Shown: positions 50,783 through 59,989, numbered from the stretch's first letter. The stretch is DNA of 63,987 nt from Sumerlaeia bacterium (GCA_040219255.1 JAVJSW010000054.1:1-63987); one strand, 5' to 3'. Program-made: numbers and translations. The notes: generated by a model from the sequence alone, not told the origin.

Positions 50783-53509
50783 TCAGCGCTCCGTCGGGTC
50801 GGACCCGATGGCGGCCTTCTCGTCTTCGTCGGTGATGGCTTTGCCCTGGTCCGGAACGGCCTCCGCCAAGCCCTCGATCTTGACGCGCACGGGACCCGGG
50901 AAGGCGGCGGCGTCGAAGGGGCCGGCGGTGCCAGCGGAGAGGTAAACGGTTCCCGGAGCGGGGCCATCGTTGATTTTCACGCCGACTTTGGCGCGCTTGT
51001 CCTCAATCGAAACAATGGCGAAATGATCGACTGCGACGCCGAGTCTGGCGGCGTCGGTGCGGTTGACTTCGAGCCAGGGCTTCGGGGCCAGGATGTCGGC
51101 GATGGCGGCGCGGTTGGCGATGTAGCCCTTGCCGGAGACGTGGGGACCCCAGACGAGAATGGGGCCGTCGCCAGCGGGAACGGCTGGGGCCTGATAGTCC
51201 ATGGGCTGATCGGCGTCGGCGCCGTCGAGTCGGCGAAGCTGAAGGCCATCGTCGCGGAAGTTGCCGGGATTGAAGCGTTTGGCGCGCGTGCGGGCGCCGC
51301 CGCGGGTTCCCACGGTGTGGTAGGAGGCGTCGTTGCTGGAGCCTTCGATTTCGAGGTGGCGGAGGGTGATGGAACTGTCGGGCGCGATCACGGCGCGGAC
51401 GGCGGCCCAGGCTTCCTCGGCGTCCATGTGGCCAAAGGTCTCGGCGCCGAGGAGGCGGCCGAGGGTGGTGAGGATCTGGCGGGCCGGGCGGGCGTCGCCC
51501 TGCGGTTCCTCGGCTTGCTTGAGGAGGGCGAGGTTGCCCTGAATGTCGGCGTAAACGCCGTCGTTCTCGATCTGTGCGGTCTGGGCCAGATAGACGTCGG
51601 CGCGGTCGTTGATGTCGCTGCGGAAGAGGTCGATGGTCACGAAAGCGTCGAGCTTGTCGATGGCGGCGGCCAATCCCTTTTGATCGCGGAGATTCAGGAG
51701 CGCATCGGTGCCGACGGTGAGGAGGCCCTTGACCTTGCCCTCGGCGATCGCGGCCAGGACGCCGGTGGCGGCGAGGCCCTCGGCGTCGGGCTCGACCCCG
51801 GCGGCGTGGAGGCCGACCGCATTGCGGCCGCCGACAACGGGGAGGTAACCCCAGTCGCGGGCGAGGGCGCGGCGCAGGCCGACAGCGGCGGGGACTTCGA
51901 GGGGGGCGTAGGCTCCGGCGTAGTCTTCCAGGCCATGGACCAGAAGTCCGTTGGCGGTGTTCTTGAGCAAATCCACCAGGGAGTCGACGGAGGCGTCGCC
52001 CACCGGAGCGAGCAAGCCACCCAGTCCGTCGGCGGAACCGCCCTCGGCGATGGCTCCCGCCAAGGCCCGCAGCGCGTCGCCGGTCTTGCCGAGTTCGCAG
52101 TGGAACGCCATCGTGGCGTGGGCCCCGATGTAGGCGTCGTGGTGATGGCCGATCATGACGGTCGGGATGTCGAAGCGGCGGGCCAGTTCCTGGAGCTGAA
52201 GCGCCAGCACGGGCGATTGCGCGACCGGATTGCCGTTCACGACGACGAGGGCGCCGGGGTGGGCCTGCAAGTCGCCGTCGGCGGCGGCGAGGGCGCGGCT
52301 GACGGCGTTGGCGGCGGCGGTGTTGGCAAAGGAGGAACGCCAATCGACGTTGGGGGTGCCGATGACTTCCTTGGCGAGATTGCGCGCCAGGAAGCCTTCC
52401 TCGAGGGTGGCCATGGGGCTGACGAGGACGGCGACGCTTTGGGCTCCGTGCTTGGCGATGACGTCCTTGAGAGCCTCCGCGGCGGTCTTGGTGGCTTCCT
52501 CGTAGGTCGTCGGCGAGAGGGAGCCGCCGCGTTTGACCATGTGTTCGTCGGCGCGGCCTTCGTGTTGGCTGTAATCGCTGCCGAAGCGGCCTTCGTTACA
52601 GATGAACTCGACGGTGTCTTCGTTGATCGTGAAGTGGTCGTGGCGGTGCCGGCTCGGCGGCGTGGTGCGGTAGAGGCGGCCGTTGCGGGTCCAGTAGGTC
52701 ACTTTGCAGCCGGACGAACACATCGAGCAGGTGCTCTGGGTCTGGCGCAGTTCCCACGGGCGGGCCTTGAAACGGTAGGGCTTGCTGGTGAGACAGCCGA
52801 CCGGGCAGAGGTCGATGACGTTGCCCGAGAAGATGTTGCTGACGGGGCCCTGGCCAAAGGTGCCGATGTAGGTGCCATTGCCGCGGTCGAAGGCGCCCAT
52901 GACGTGCTCGCCGCCGACTTCGTCGCAGAAGCGCACACAACGGGTGCACATGATGCAGCGGTTGCGCTCGATGTCGATCAGGGGGTCGGCCTGGGGCTTG
53001 ATGAACTTGCGCTTCTTGTCGGCCATGCGGGTCGTGTCGAGGCCGTACTCCATCGAATACCGCTGGAGCTGGCACTCGCCGCCGCGGTCGCAAATCGGAC
53101 AATCGAGCGGGTGATTGACCAGCAGGAACTCCATCATGCCTTCCTGGCAGGACTTGGCGAGTTCGCTGTCGGTCTTGACCACCATGTCGGGCATGATGTG
53201 GGTCTGGCAGGAGATGACGGGCTTGGGAACCTTTTCGACCTCGACAAGGCACAGGCGGCAGTTGCCGGCGACGGAGAGAGCCGGGTGCCAGCAGTAGTGG
53301 GGCACGTAGGTGCCTTCGCGCTCGCAGACTTCGAGGATGGATTCACCGCGCCGGCCGAAGACTTCTTTGCCGTTGAGCGTGAACTTCACCGCGTCGGGAG
53401 CTTGCGGGTCCACCTTGTCGTACACGACATTGTGATCCGACGGATAGCCGACCGTGGCGCCGATTCCGGGCGCGGGCTGCTTCGGGGGAGCTTTTGTTTC
53501 ACCGGACAT
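50783..53509 (-). CDS. nuoG: NADH-quinone oxidoreductase subunit G
   Basis: CWHPALSVAGNCRLC, HPLDCPICDRGGEC, CIMCTRC, N7-type CSMCSSGC...C. Confidence 0.95.
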   Translation of the reverse strand: MSGETKAPPKQPAPGIGATVGYPSDHNVVYDKVDPQAPDAVKFTLNGKEVFGRRGESILEVCEREGTYVPHYCWHPALSVAGNCRLCLVEVEKVPKPVISCQTHIMPDMVVKTDSELAKSCQEGMMEFLLVNHPLDCPICDRGGECQLQRYSMEYGLDTTRMADKKRKFIKPQADPLIDIERNRCIMCTRCVRFCDEVGGEHVMGAFDRGNGTYIGTFGQGPVSNIFSGNVIDLCPVGCLTSKPYRFKARPWELRQTQSTCSMCSSGCKVTYWTRNGRLYRTTPPSRHRHDHFTINEDTVEFICNEGRFGSDYSQHEGRADEHMVKRGGSLSPTTYEEATKTAAEALKDVIAKHGAQSVAVLVSPMATLEEGFLARNLAKEVIGTPNVDWRSSFANTAAANAVSRALAAADGDLQAHPGALVVVNGNPVAQSPVLALQLQELARRFDIPTVMIGHHHDAYIGAHATMAFHCELGKTGDALRALAGAIAEGGSADGLGGLLAPVGDASVDSLVDLLKNTANGLLVHGLEDYAGAYAPLEVPAAVGLRRALARDWGYLPVVGGRNAVGLHAAGVEPDAEGLAATGVLAAIAEGKVKGLLTVGTDALLNLRDQKGLAAAIDKLDAFVTIDLFRSDINDRADVYLAQTAQIENDGVYADIQGNLALLKQAEEPQGDARPARQILTTLGRLLGAETFGHMDAEEAWAAVRAVIAPDSSITLRHLEIEGSSNDASYHTVGTRGGARTRAKRFNPGNFRDDGLQLRRLDGADADQPMDYQAPAVPAGDGPILVWGPHVSGKGYIANRAAIADILAPKPWLEVNRTDAARLGVAVDHFAIVSIEDKRAKVGVKINDGPAPGTVYLSAGTAGPFDAAAFPGPVRVKIEGLAEAVPDQGKAITDEDEKAAIGSDPTER

Positions 53510-53682
53510 AAGTGCGTCTTTCGCCTGCCTCTCAAACTTCGTGGCCTAGGTTGAAAACCTCCGGCCCCTGTGCGCGCAAGGGTTTCCTTGTGCCCCATTT
53601 GAGCCAATGGGGCGGGGTCAGCCTGCGGGCTGGGTTTGTATTGCAAGGATGATGCGCTTGAGCGTTGAAGTACCGCTAAAGT

Positions 53683-53710
53683 TTCACCACGGAGACGCGG
53701 AGGCACGGAG
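53683..53710. repeat. Periodic repeat arm
   Basis: TTCACCACGGAGACGCGGAGGCACGGAG, very similar to the reverse complement of 22447-22474. Confidence 0.75.
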
Positions 53711-53781
53711 TTTGGGAAGCGAGAGTGGGTAGGCGAGAGCGAAAGGAGTAGAATCGCTGGATAGCGAGTAAGGACGAGAAC

Positions 53782-54009
53782 CTACTGCTCCGAATCGATC
53801 CCGTCGCGCTTGTCCAGGTAACGGCCGGCAATGACGCCGGCGATGAGGCCGAAGGCTGGGCCGAGGCCAATCAGGACTCCCCTGGGTCCGGCATCGAGGG
53901 CGACATCGAGGACGACGCCCAACGCTGTGCCGAAGCAAAGGCCGAGTCCGATGCAGAGCGGGAGCCAGCTTTTGCGTTTGGTCTGGGCGTTGGTGTGTTG
54001 GTCTGACAT
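53782..54009 (-). CDS. Small glycine-rich two-helix membrane protein
   Basis: GLGLCFGTALG...GLGPAFGLIAG; AAGGA RBS. Confidence 0.65.
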   Translation of the reverse strand: MSDQHTNAQTKRKSWLPLCIGLGLCFGTALGVVLDVALDAGPRGVLIGLGPAFGLIAGVIAGRYLDKRDGIDSEQ

Positions 54010-54075
54010 GGTGGGTCCTTTTTCGGTGGGGGTCGAGGGTTTGGGTGGATGGGTGGAAAGAGCCCGGGAGTGGGC

Positions 54076-54273
54076 CTAGACCTGAGCGGCAGCGCGACGG
54101 TCCATGCGGTAGCCCACCAGCGCCCCGGCGAGCACCCCCAGCAGCAATCCCATGGGCAGGTTTCCGAAGACCAGTCCGGCGAGCATGCCAAAGGTGAGGC
54201 CCAATGCAACGCAGTCGTCGATCTTGCGCGATGCGCAGTCGCAGTTGCGGATCTTGTTCCAAAGGGACTTCAT
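54076..54273 (-). CDS. Small glycine-zipper membrane protein
   Basis: ALGLTFGMLAGLVFGNLPMGLLLGVLAGALVG; GAGGAGG RBS. Confidence 0.7.
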   Translation of the reverse strand: MKSLWNKIRNCDCASRKIDDCVALGLTFGMLAGLVFGNLPMGLLLGVLAGALVGYRMDRRAAAQV

Positions 54274-54375
54274 GGGGCGGCCTCCTCTAGGGGCGGTTCG
54301 GGGTAGGTTGTTCGGGTGACTTGCGGACTCTACCGGCCTGGCGGCGGTTTATTCAAACCAGCGCGGAAAAAATGG

Positions 54376-54579
54376 TCAGGCGTCCTGGGCCGAGGCGAAA
54401 AGGCGGTCGGCAATGGCGCCGATGGCGGTGGCCCCGGCGATGCACAGCACAAGCGACGCGATCATGTGCCCAGAGCCGATGCCCGCCACGACGCCGACGA
54501 CACCGCCCCAGAAAACGCCGCCGGAGAGGCCGGGATTGGCGTCTTCGAAGCGGCGGATGGCGTTGCTGATGTCTTTCAT
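54376..54579 (-). CDS. Small glycine-rich membrane protein
   Basis: GGVFWGGVVGVVAGIG...AGATAIGAIAD; GAGG RBS. Confidence 0.6.
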   Translation of the reverse strand: MKDISNAIRRFEDANPGLSGGVFWGGVVGVVAGIGSGHMIASLVLCIAGATAIGAIADRLFASAQDA

Positions 54580-54844
54580 GGCTGGGTGCCTCACGGTGAT
54601 GTTCGGAGGCTGTACGGGGGACGGGGCGGGGGTATTCAAAGGAAAAGCAACATGGGCGTCCCCCCCATGGCCGAGCAGCCCCGGCCCACGCCCAAGACGC
54701 ATCGCCAAGAGTGAAGCTTCCGACCACGGGTTGGAGTGGGCGCTTCGGAAACGGGGTCTCTTCCGCAGAGGGTAAAGAGCTGTGCCAACTCGCCTTACCC
54801 ACTGGGACGGGGCGTGCGCGGGGCGGGCTTGGCGTAGAGCGCAA

Positions 54845-54866
54845 AAAGTTTGGATAGCCAAACCTT
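54845..54866. promoter_or_regulatory. Putative DtxR/IdeR/MntR-family operator upstream of hmuTUV
   Basis: AAAGTTTGG-ATAG-CCAAACCTT near-palindrome next to TTGACG (54870). Confidence 0.5.
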
Positions 54867-54954
54867 TGGTTGACGGACACACGCCTCGTTTGGGTGAGTT
54901 GCCGCGCCTCGACGCGATTGGGGCTTTCTACACCTCCGAACGAATCCCGGCCCC

Positions 54955-55923
54955 ATGACCTCGAAACCCGCCCGACGCCTCTCAAACGACTTCTTGGCCC
55001 GTGCCGCTTTGGCTTGCTGTCTGGCAGGTTCCCTTTGGCTTGCCGGCTGCGAGAAGGCGGAGAGCGCTTCGGCTTCGTCCACGGCTCCCTCCGCCGAGGC
55101 CCAGGCCTCGCAAGCGGCCGAAAGCGCAGGGCTGCTGGTGACCCTCGGCGGCGACGTCACGGAAATCGTTTTCGCTCTCGGCGAAGGCCCCCGCGTGGCC
55201 GGTTCGGACCGCGGCAGTCTTTATCCGCCCCAGGTGCACGCCCTGCCGCGCCTGGATTACCACCGCCAGATGTCGGCCGAAGGCATTCTTTCCCTGGAAC
55301 CCGAGATGGTGCTCCTGACCGCTGAGGCCGGACCGCCCACCGCCATCGAGCAACTGCGCTCGGCGGGCGTTAAAGTCGTCACCGTTCCGGCGGAAGCCTC
55401 TGTGGAAGGCGCCGAAGCGAAAATCCGCGCTGTGGCCGAAGCGCTGGACGCGACAGAAAAGGGCGACGCGCTGATCGCCGCGATGCGGGCCGACCTCGCC
55501 GCCGCGCGCGACCGCGTGGCCCAGACCGAAGAGCGCCCAGCGGTGCTCTTCGTTTACGCCCGCGCGGGCCAGGGCGCGGCCATGGTGGCGGGCGAGAACA
55601 GCCCCGCGGAAACGATGATCGAACTTTCCGGCGGCCGCAACGCCGCCTCCGGCTTCGAAGGCTTCAAACCCCTGACGCCCGAGGCCATGCTGGAATTCAA
55701 CCCCGATGTGGTCCTGATGCTCGACAAGGGCTTCGAAGCCATCGGCGGCGAAGAAGGCCTGATGGGACTGCCGGGGATGGCGGAAACCACGGCAGCCCGC
55801 AAAGGGCGTTTCGTGACACTGCCCGACAACCTGCTATTGAGCTTCGGCCCGCGCCTCGCCGAAGCCGTCGCCCGCCTCAGCGACGCCCTCCATCCCGCCG
55901 CCGGAGCCACCACCGGGGGATGA
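54955..55923 (+). CDS. hmuT: Heme ABC transporter substrate-binding lipoprotein
   Basis: Lipobox LAGC, VTEIVFALG, heme-Tyr motif DYHRQMSAEGILSL, GPRL. Confidence 0.88.
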   Translation: MTSKPARRLSNDFLARAALACCLAGSLWLAGCEKAESASASSTAPSAEAQASQAAESAGLLVTLGGDVTEIVFALGEGPRVAGSDRGSLYPPQVHALPRLDYHRQMSAEGILSLEPEMVLLTAEAGPPTAIEQLRSAGVKVVTVPAEASVEGAEAKIRAVAEALDATEKGDALIAAMRADLAAARDRVAQTEERPAVLFVYARAGQGAAMVAGENSPAETMIELSGGRNAASGFEGFKPLTPEAMLEFNPDVVLMLDKGFEAIGGEEGLMGLPGMAETTAARKGRFVTLPDNLLLSFGPRLAEAVARLSDALHPAAGATTGG

Positions 55924-57053
55924 GCGTCACCACGCTGCCAAGACCCGCCGAGGCCACGGCCGGAACCGCCGCGCCCGAGCGCCTCTGCGCTTGGGCCGCC
56001 CGCGAACGCCGCAAGCGCGCCGCCGTCCTCGGTGGCTTGACGCTGCTGCTCGCCGCCCTGGCGATGATTTCCGTGGCGACGGGCGCGGTGTCCGTTTCGC
56101 CAGCGGAACTGGGCGCGATCTTTCTTGGCAAACTGGGCCTCACCACCTCCGTCGAAGCGTCCCGCGTTCAGGAAGCGGTCATCTGGTCCATTCGTCTGCC
56201 GCGCGTGGTGCTGGGCATCCTGGCGGGGGCGACGCTGGCCATCGGCGGCGCCGCGATCCAGGGCCTCTTCCGCAATCCGTTGGCCGAGCCAGGGCTGATC
56301 GGCACATCCAGCGGCGCCGCCATGGCGGCCGTCATCGCCATTGTCGCCGTGACGCACTTGCCTTTCACGCTGCCCGCCGCAGCCATGTCCTGGATCGTCT
56401 CGCTGGCGGCCTTCGCGGGGGCGCTGGCGGCGACGTTTCTGGTTTATCGGCTGTCGCTCGTGGGCGGGCGGACCATGGTCGCGACGATGCTGCTGACCGG
56501 CATTGCGGTCAACGCACTGGCGTTTTCCGTGGTGGGTTTGATGATGTTTCTGGCGGATGACGCCCAGTTGCGCACCATCGCGTTCTGGAACCTGGGCAGC
56601 CTGACCCCCGCCAATTGGTCGTCGTTGGCCGTGGTGGCTCCTCTCATGGTGATCGCATGCGTGGCGCTGCCGATGATGGGCCGGGCCATGGACGCGCTGG
56701 CGCTTGGCGAGGCGGAAGCCCATCACCTCGGCGTCGCCGTCCAGCGCGTCCGCTTCCTCACCGTCCTGCTCGTCGCCCTCTCCGTCGGAGCCGCCGTCTC
56801 CGTCACTGGCGTCATCAGCTTCGTTGGCCTCGTCGTGCCCCATTTGCTGCGGCTCGCCGTGGGGCCGAACCACCGGTTGCTTCTCCCAGCCAGCGCTCTC
56901 CTGGGCGCGGCGCTGCTGGTCGGCGCCGATTTGCTGGCGCGTACGATCGCCGCCCCGGCCGAGCTGCCCCTCGGCGTTGTCACGGCGCTTCTGGGCGCAC
57001 CCTATTTCCTTTGGCTTCTGATCCGTGAACGGGAAAGGGGAACCCTGCTATGA
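55920..57053 (+). CDS. hmuU: Heme ABC transporter permease (FecCD family)
   Basis: IRLPR, QGLFRNPLAEP, LGEAEAHHLG, FVGLVVPH. Confidence 0.92.
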   Translation: MSVTTLPRPAEATAGTAAPERLCAWAARERRKRAAVLGGLTLLLAALAMISVATGAVSVSPAELGAIFLGKLGLTTSVEASRVQEAVIWSIRLPRVVLGILAGATLAIGGAAIQGLFRNPLAEPGLIGTSSGAAMAAVIAIVAVTHLPFTLPAAAMSWIVSLAAFAGALAATFLVYRLSLVGGRTMVATMLLTGIAVNALAFSVVGLMMFLADDAQLRTIAFWNLGSLTPANWSSLAVVAPLMVIACVALPMMGRAMDALALGEAEAHHLGVAVQRVRFLTVLLVALSVGAAVSVTGVISFVGLVVPHLLRLAVGPNHRLLLPASALLGAALLVGADLLARTIAAPAELPLGVVTALLGAPYFLWLLIRERERGTLL

Positions 57054-57898
57054 GCCTTTCCGCCTGCGGCGTGTCCTTCGCCGTCCGAAGCGCCCAGCTC
57101 CTCCACGACGTCACCCTGAAAGTCGAGCCGGGCCAGCTTCTCGCCGTCCTCGGTCCCAACGGCGCGGGCAAGAGCACGCTGCTGCGGCTGCTCTCGGGCG
57201 AGGCCTCGCCCACCGGCGGCGCGGTGCGCCTCGGCGAAGCGGACCTGCATGCCTGGGAGCCCCAGGACCGCGCCCGGCGCCTGGGCGTCCTGCCTCAATC
57301 CAGCGCCCTGAACTTTCCCTATCCGGTCTTCGAGGTCGTCCTGATGGGGCGCTTGCCCCACGCGCGCCACAGCGACCCGGTCCGCGACCAGCGCGTCGCT
57401 TGGGAATGCCTGGAACGGGTCGATGCCACCCATCTGGCCGAGCGCCGCTACTCGACGCTCTCCGGTGGCGAACGCCAACGCATCCATCTCGCCCGCGTCC
57501 TGGCGCAGCTCGATGGCGGAGCCGGCGCGGCGGACGAACCCCGCTTTCTGCTCCTCGACGAACCGACCTCGGCCCTCGATCTGGCGCACCAGCACCTCGT
57601 CCTGCGCCTCGCCAAGGAGCTGACCGGCGAGGACTTCGGAGTCCTGGCGGTGCTGCACGACATCAACCTGGCGGCGCTCTACGCCGACCGCATCGCGGTG
57701 CTCTGCAAAGGGCGCCTGATGCGGTGCGGGACGCCTGAGGAAGTCCTGACAAAGCACTGCATCCAAAGCGTTTATGGCGTCGACAGCACGATCATCTGTC
57801 ACCCCACCACCGGATGCCCCTTCCTGATCCCGCACCCGAACGTGGCGCCAGAGATCGAATTGGCAAATCCGAAGTTGGCCGCGGATCACAGCGAATAA
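57050..57898 (+). CDS. hmuV: Heme ABC transporter ATP-binding protein
   Basis: GPNGAGKS, LSGGERQRIHLARVLAQL, LLDEPTSALD, VLHDINLA. Confidence 0.93.
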   Translation: MSLSACGVSFAVRSAQLLHDVTLKVEPGQLLAVLGPNGAGKSTLLRLLSGEASPTGGAVRLGEADLHAWEPQDRARRLGVLPQSSALNFPYPVFEVVLMGRLPHARHSDPVRDQRVAWECLERVDATHLAERRYSTLSGGERQRIHLARVLAQLDGGAGAADEPRFLLLDEPTSALDLAHQHLVLRLAKELTGEDFGVLAVLHDINLAALYADRIAVLCKGRLMRCGTPEEVLTKHCIQSVYGVDSTIICHPTTGCPFLIPHPNVAPEIELANPKLAADHSE

Positions 57899-58087
57899 GT
57901 GGAAGGCGGCCCGCCAGTCCCACCTCGACACTGACGCCCAGGCGCGGGCATCAGGCACTGGGCAACGGCGAGGCCAGCAAGACTGGCCACCCTCTGTTGG
58001 TCCTTCCGTGTTCGTGGCTCATTGTAAATCCAAGAAACCAAGGACGCCCACAGGGGGCTTCTGTTTTTTTGGGGTCGAGGTGAAGGA

Positions 58088-58510
58088 TCAGGAAGCGGGC
58101 CGAACGCCCACCGGAGGCCCTGTTCCCGCTCCCCCCGTTCCTGTGGAAATGTCCTCACCGTGTTGCGGGTTGTCTTGGGTTCTCTCGCCGCGTTTCGACG
58201 GGAGAGGCCTCACAAGCAGCTTCTCGCCGAGGTAGCTGAGAGCCGCGGCAATCACGAGGATCGGTCCGGCGGCGACGGCGGCGAAATAGGCGATGGCGTA
58301 GAAAAGCCCCAGGCTGGCGGCCAGGAACCAGTCGCCCTCGGCCAGGGGCACCGTGCCGGAGAGAACGGCGGTGTGGGCGCGCCAGCCCGCCAGTTCCCCG
58401 ATCAGCCACAGCAGCGCGAACAGCCCGGCGAGCTTGAGGAACAGCCGGTGCGGCAAGTAGCTCCGGGTGGACTCGGGGATGAAGAGGGCTTTCCAGCGGG
58501 GGCGGGTCAT
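58088..58510 (-). CDS. Small membrane protein coupled to LinD-like gene
   Basis: Two to three TM helices; ATGA overlap with the upstream gene. Confidence 0.7.
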   Translation of the reverse strand: MTRPRWKALFIPESTRSYLPHRLFLKLAGLFALLWLIGELAGWRAHTAVLSGTVPLAEGDWFLAASLGLFYAIAYFAAVAAGPILVIAAALSYLGEKLLVRPLPSKRGERTQDNPQHGEDISTGTGGAGTGPPVGVRPAS

Positions 58511-59718
58511 GGGCGGGTTTCCCTTTGCGATTCGAGAATGCGGGCCCAGAGGGGCCCTTCGACCAGGGCGTAGAGCACCACCGCGTCGCCCACCTGGTTG
58601 GCGGCGGCGAAGCGCTGGCGGCCGTCCTCTGTGACGGGAAAGGCCGCGAACTCGAGGGACGCCACGAGGCGGCCGAGATAGGCGTCGTCATCGAAGGACG
58701 CGGCGCCCAGCAGGGCGAGACCACTGGCTCCGGCGCTGGCGCCGATGACGGGCACCACGGGCCCCGAGTCGACGTCCATCGGCCCCTGCCAACTGGCGGG
58801 CCATTCGCGGGCGAGGCCAAAGCCCAGGATGTGGAAGCCCAGCTGCTCGCGGGCGAGGGCGTACTGCTCCATGGCGAACTGGGCGTCGATCAGGCGCAAG
58901 CAGTGGGCGGTCATGAAAATGCTCGACCCTTCCGGCCCGTCGATGGCCGAGCCCTCCCAGGTGAAGCTGGAAACCAGCATGGCGGAGTCGCGGTGGATCA
59001 GGTTCTCGCGCGCCGAAGCGAGCCAATCGTCGAAGAAAGCGCGGTGATCGGTGCCGTCCAGCGCGTCGCTCAGGGCCATCGCCGCCAGTGCCACGGCGTT
59101 GCAGAACATCCAGCACTCGTTGGGGTAGCTTTCGCCACAGTGCACCGGCCCGGCCTCCATCTGCCGGCGCAGATGGGCGATGCGTTCGGCGAAACCGTCG
59201 GCATAGGCCGGTTCTTCCCGCACCAGGCGGCGGGCGCCGATCATCAGGGCGATCTCGCCATCCACGAAGACGCTGCGCTGCGACTCCTCCACAAACGGCG
59301 AAGCGCGCGCGTAATCCATCAGGAAGTGCAGATGGCCCTCCTGCGCTTCGATGGCTTCGGTCTCGGCGATCACGCGATCCATCACGGCCAGGTAACGATC
59401 AGCTTGACCGGGATCGCGCAGGCTGAGGTTGGCGAGCGAGAGCACGAAAAACGTGCGGGCCATAAAGTCCCACTCCGCGTTCGTGCGGCGCATGCGGGCG
59501 ATTTCTTCGGCCCGGGCGGCGGGGTCTTCCCACAGCGAAAGCTGGTGTTCCGCCAGCCGCTGGGCCAGGGCCGGGACGGCATTGGGCGGCGCCAGGTACT
59601 CGGCCCTGGCGGGGCGGAAGAGCAGGCTGAGAACCGGCAGCCAGAGGGCCGCTCCGATGGCGAGCGCACCCCCGGCGATCAGAAGGCGCTGGCCGAAGCG
59701 TTTGAGCGTTGGGGGCAT
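58507..59718 (-). CDS. Membrane-anchored linalool dehydratase/isomerase-like protein
   Basis: N-terminal TM helix, GESYPNECWMFCN, AREWP, DVDSGP motifs; family call from recall, not searched. Confidence 0.6.
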   Translation of the reverse strand: MPPTLKRFGQRLLIAGGALAIGAALWLPVLSLLFRPARAEYLAPPNAVPALAQRLAEHQLSLWEDPAARAEEIARMRRTNAEWDFMARTFFVLSLANLSLRDPGQADRYLAVMDRVIAETEAIEAQEGHLHFLMDYARASPFVEESQRSVFVDGEIALMIGARRLVREEPAYADGFAERIAHLRRQMEAGPVHCGESYPNECWMFCNAVALAAMALSDALDGTDHRAFFDDWLASARENLIHRDSAMLVSSFTWEGSAIDGPEGSSIFMTAHCLRLIDAQFAMEQYALAREQLGFHILGFGLAREWPASWQGPMDVDSGPVVPVIGASAGASGLALLGAASFDDDAYLGRLVASLEFAAFPVTEDGRQRFAAANQVGDAVVLYALVEGPLWARILESQRETRP

Positions 59719-59934
59719 GGGAGGTCCTCCCGCAGGGGCGTTTGTTGGAGTCTTACGCGCGAGCGGAGAAATGGTTACAGGATCCGATGCCTTGAGAATT
59801 CACCACCGAGCCACCAAGGGCACTGGGAATTTTGGGATTATTGGAGTTGGGGCAGGGAAATCTTGAGGAGCGAACGCTTGTGCGGGTGACTCCCGGCGCC
59901 ACCTTTGGCCCAGAGACTGTGACCTGACGAGGTG

Positions 59935-59989
59935 AAAGTGTGACCCATGTCCTGGCCCGAATGTGTTACCTATGTCTCCGGTTCGTACA
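59935..59989. mobile_element. Orphan IS481-family terminal repeat
   Basis: AAAGTGTGACCCATGTC...GTGTTACCTATGTCTCCGGTTCGTACA: two sub-terminal direct repeats and a terminal ACA; no transposase nearby. Confidence 0.6.
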
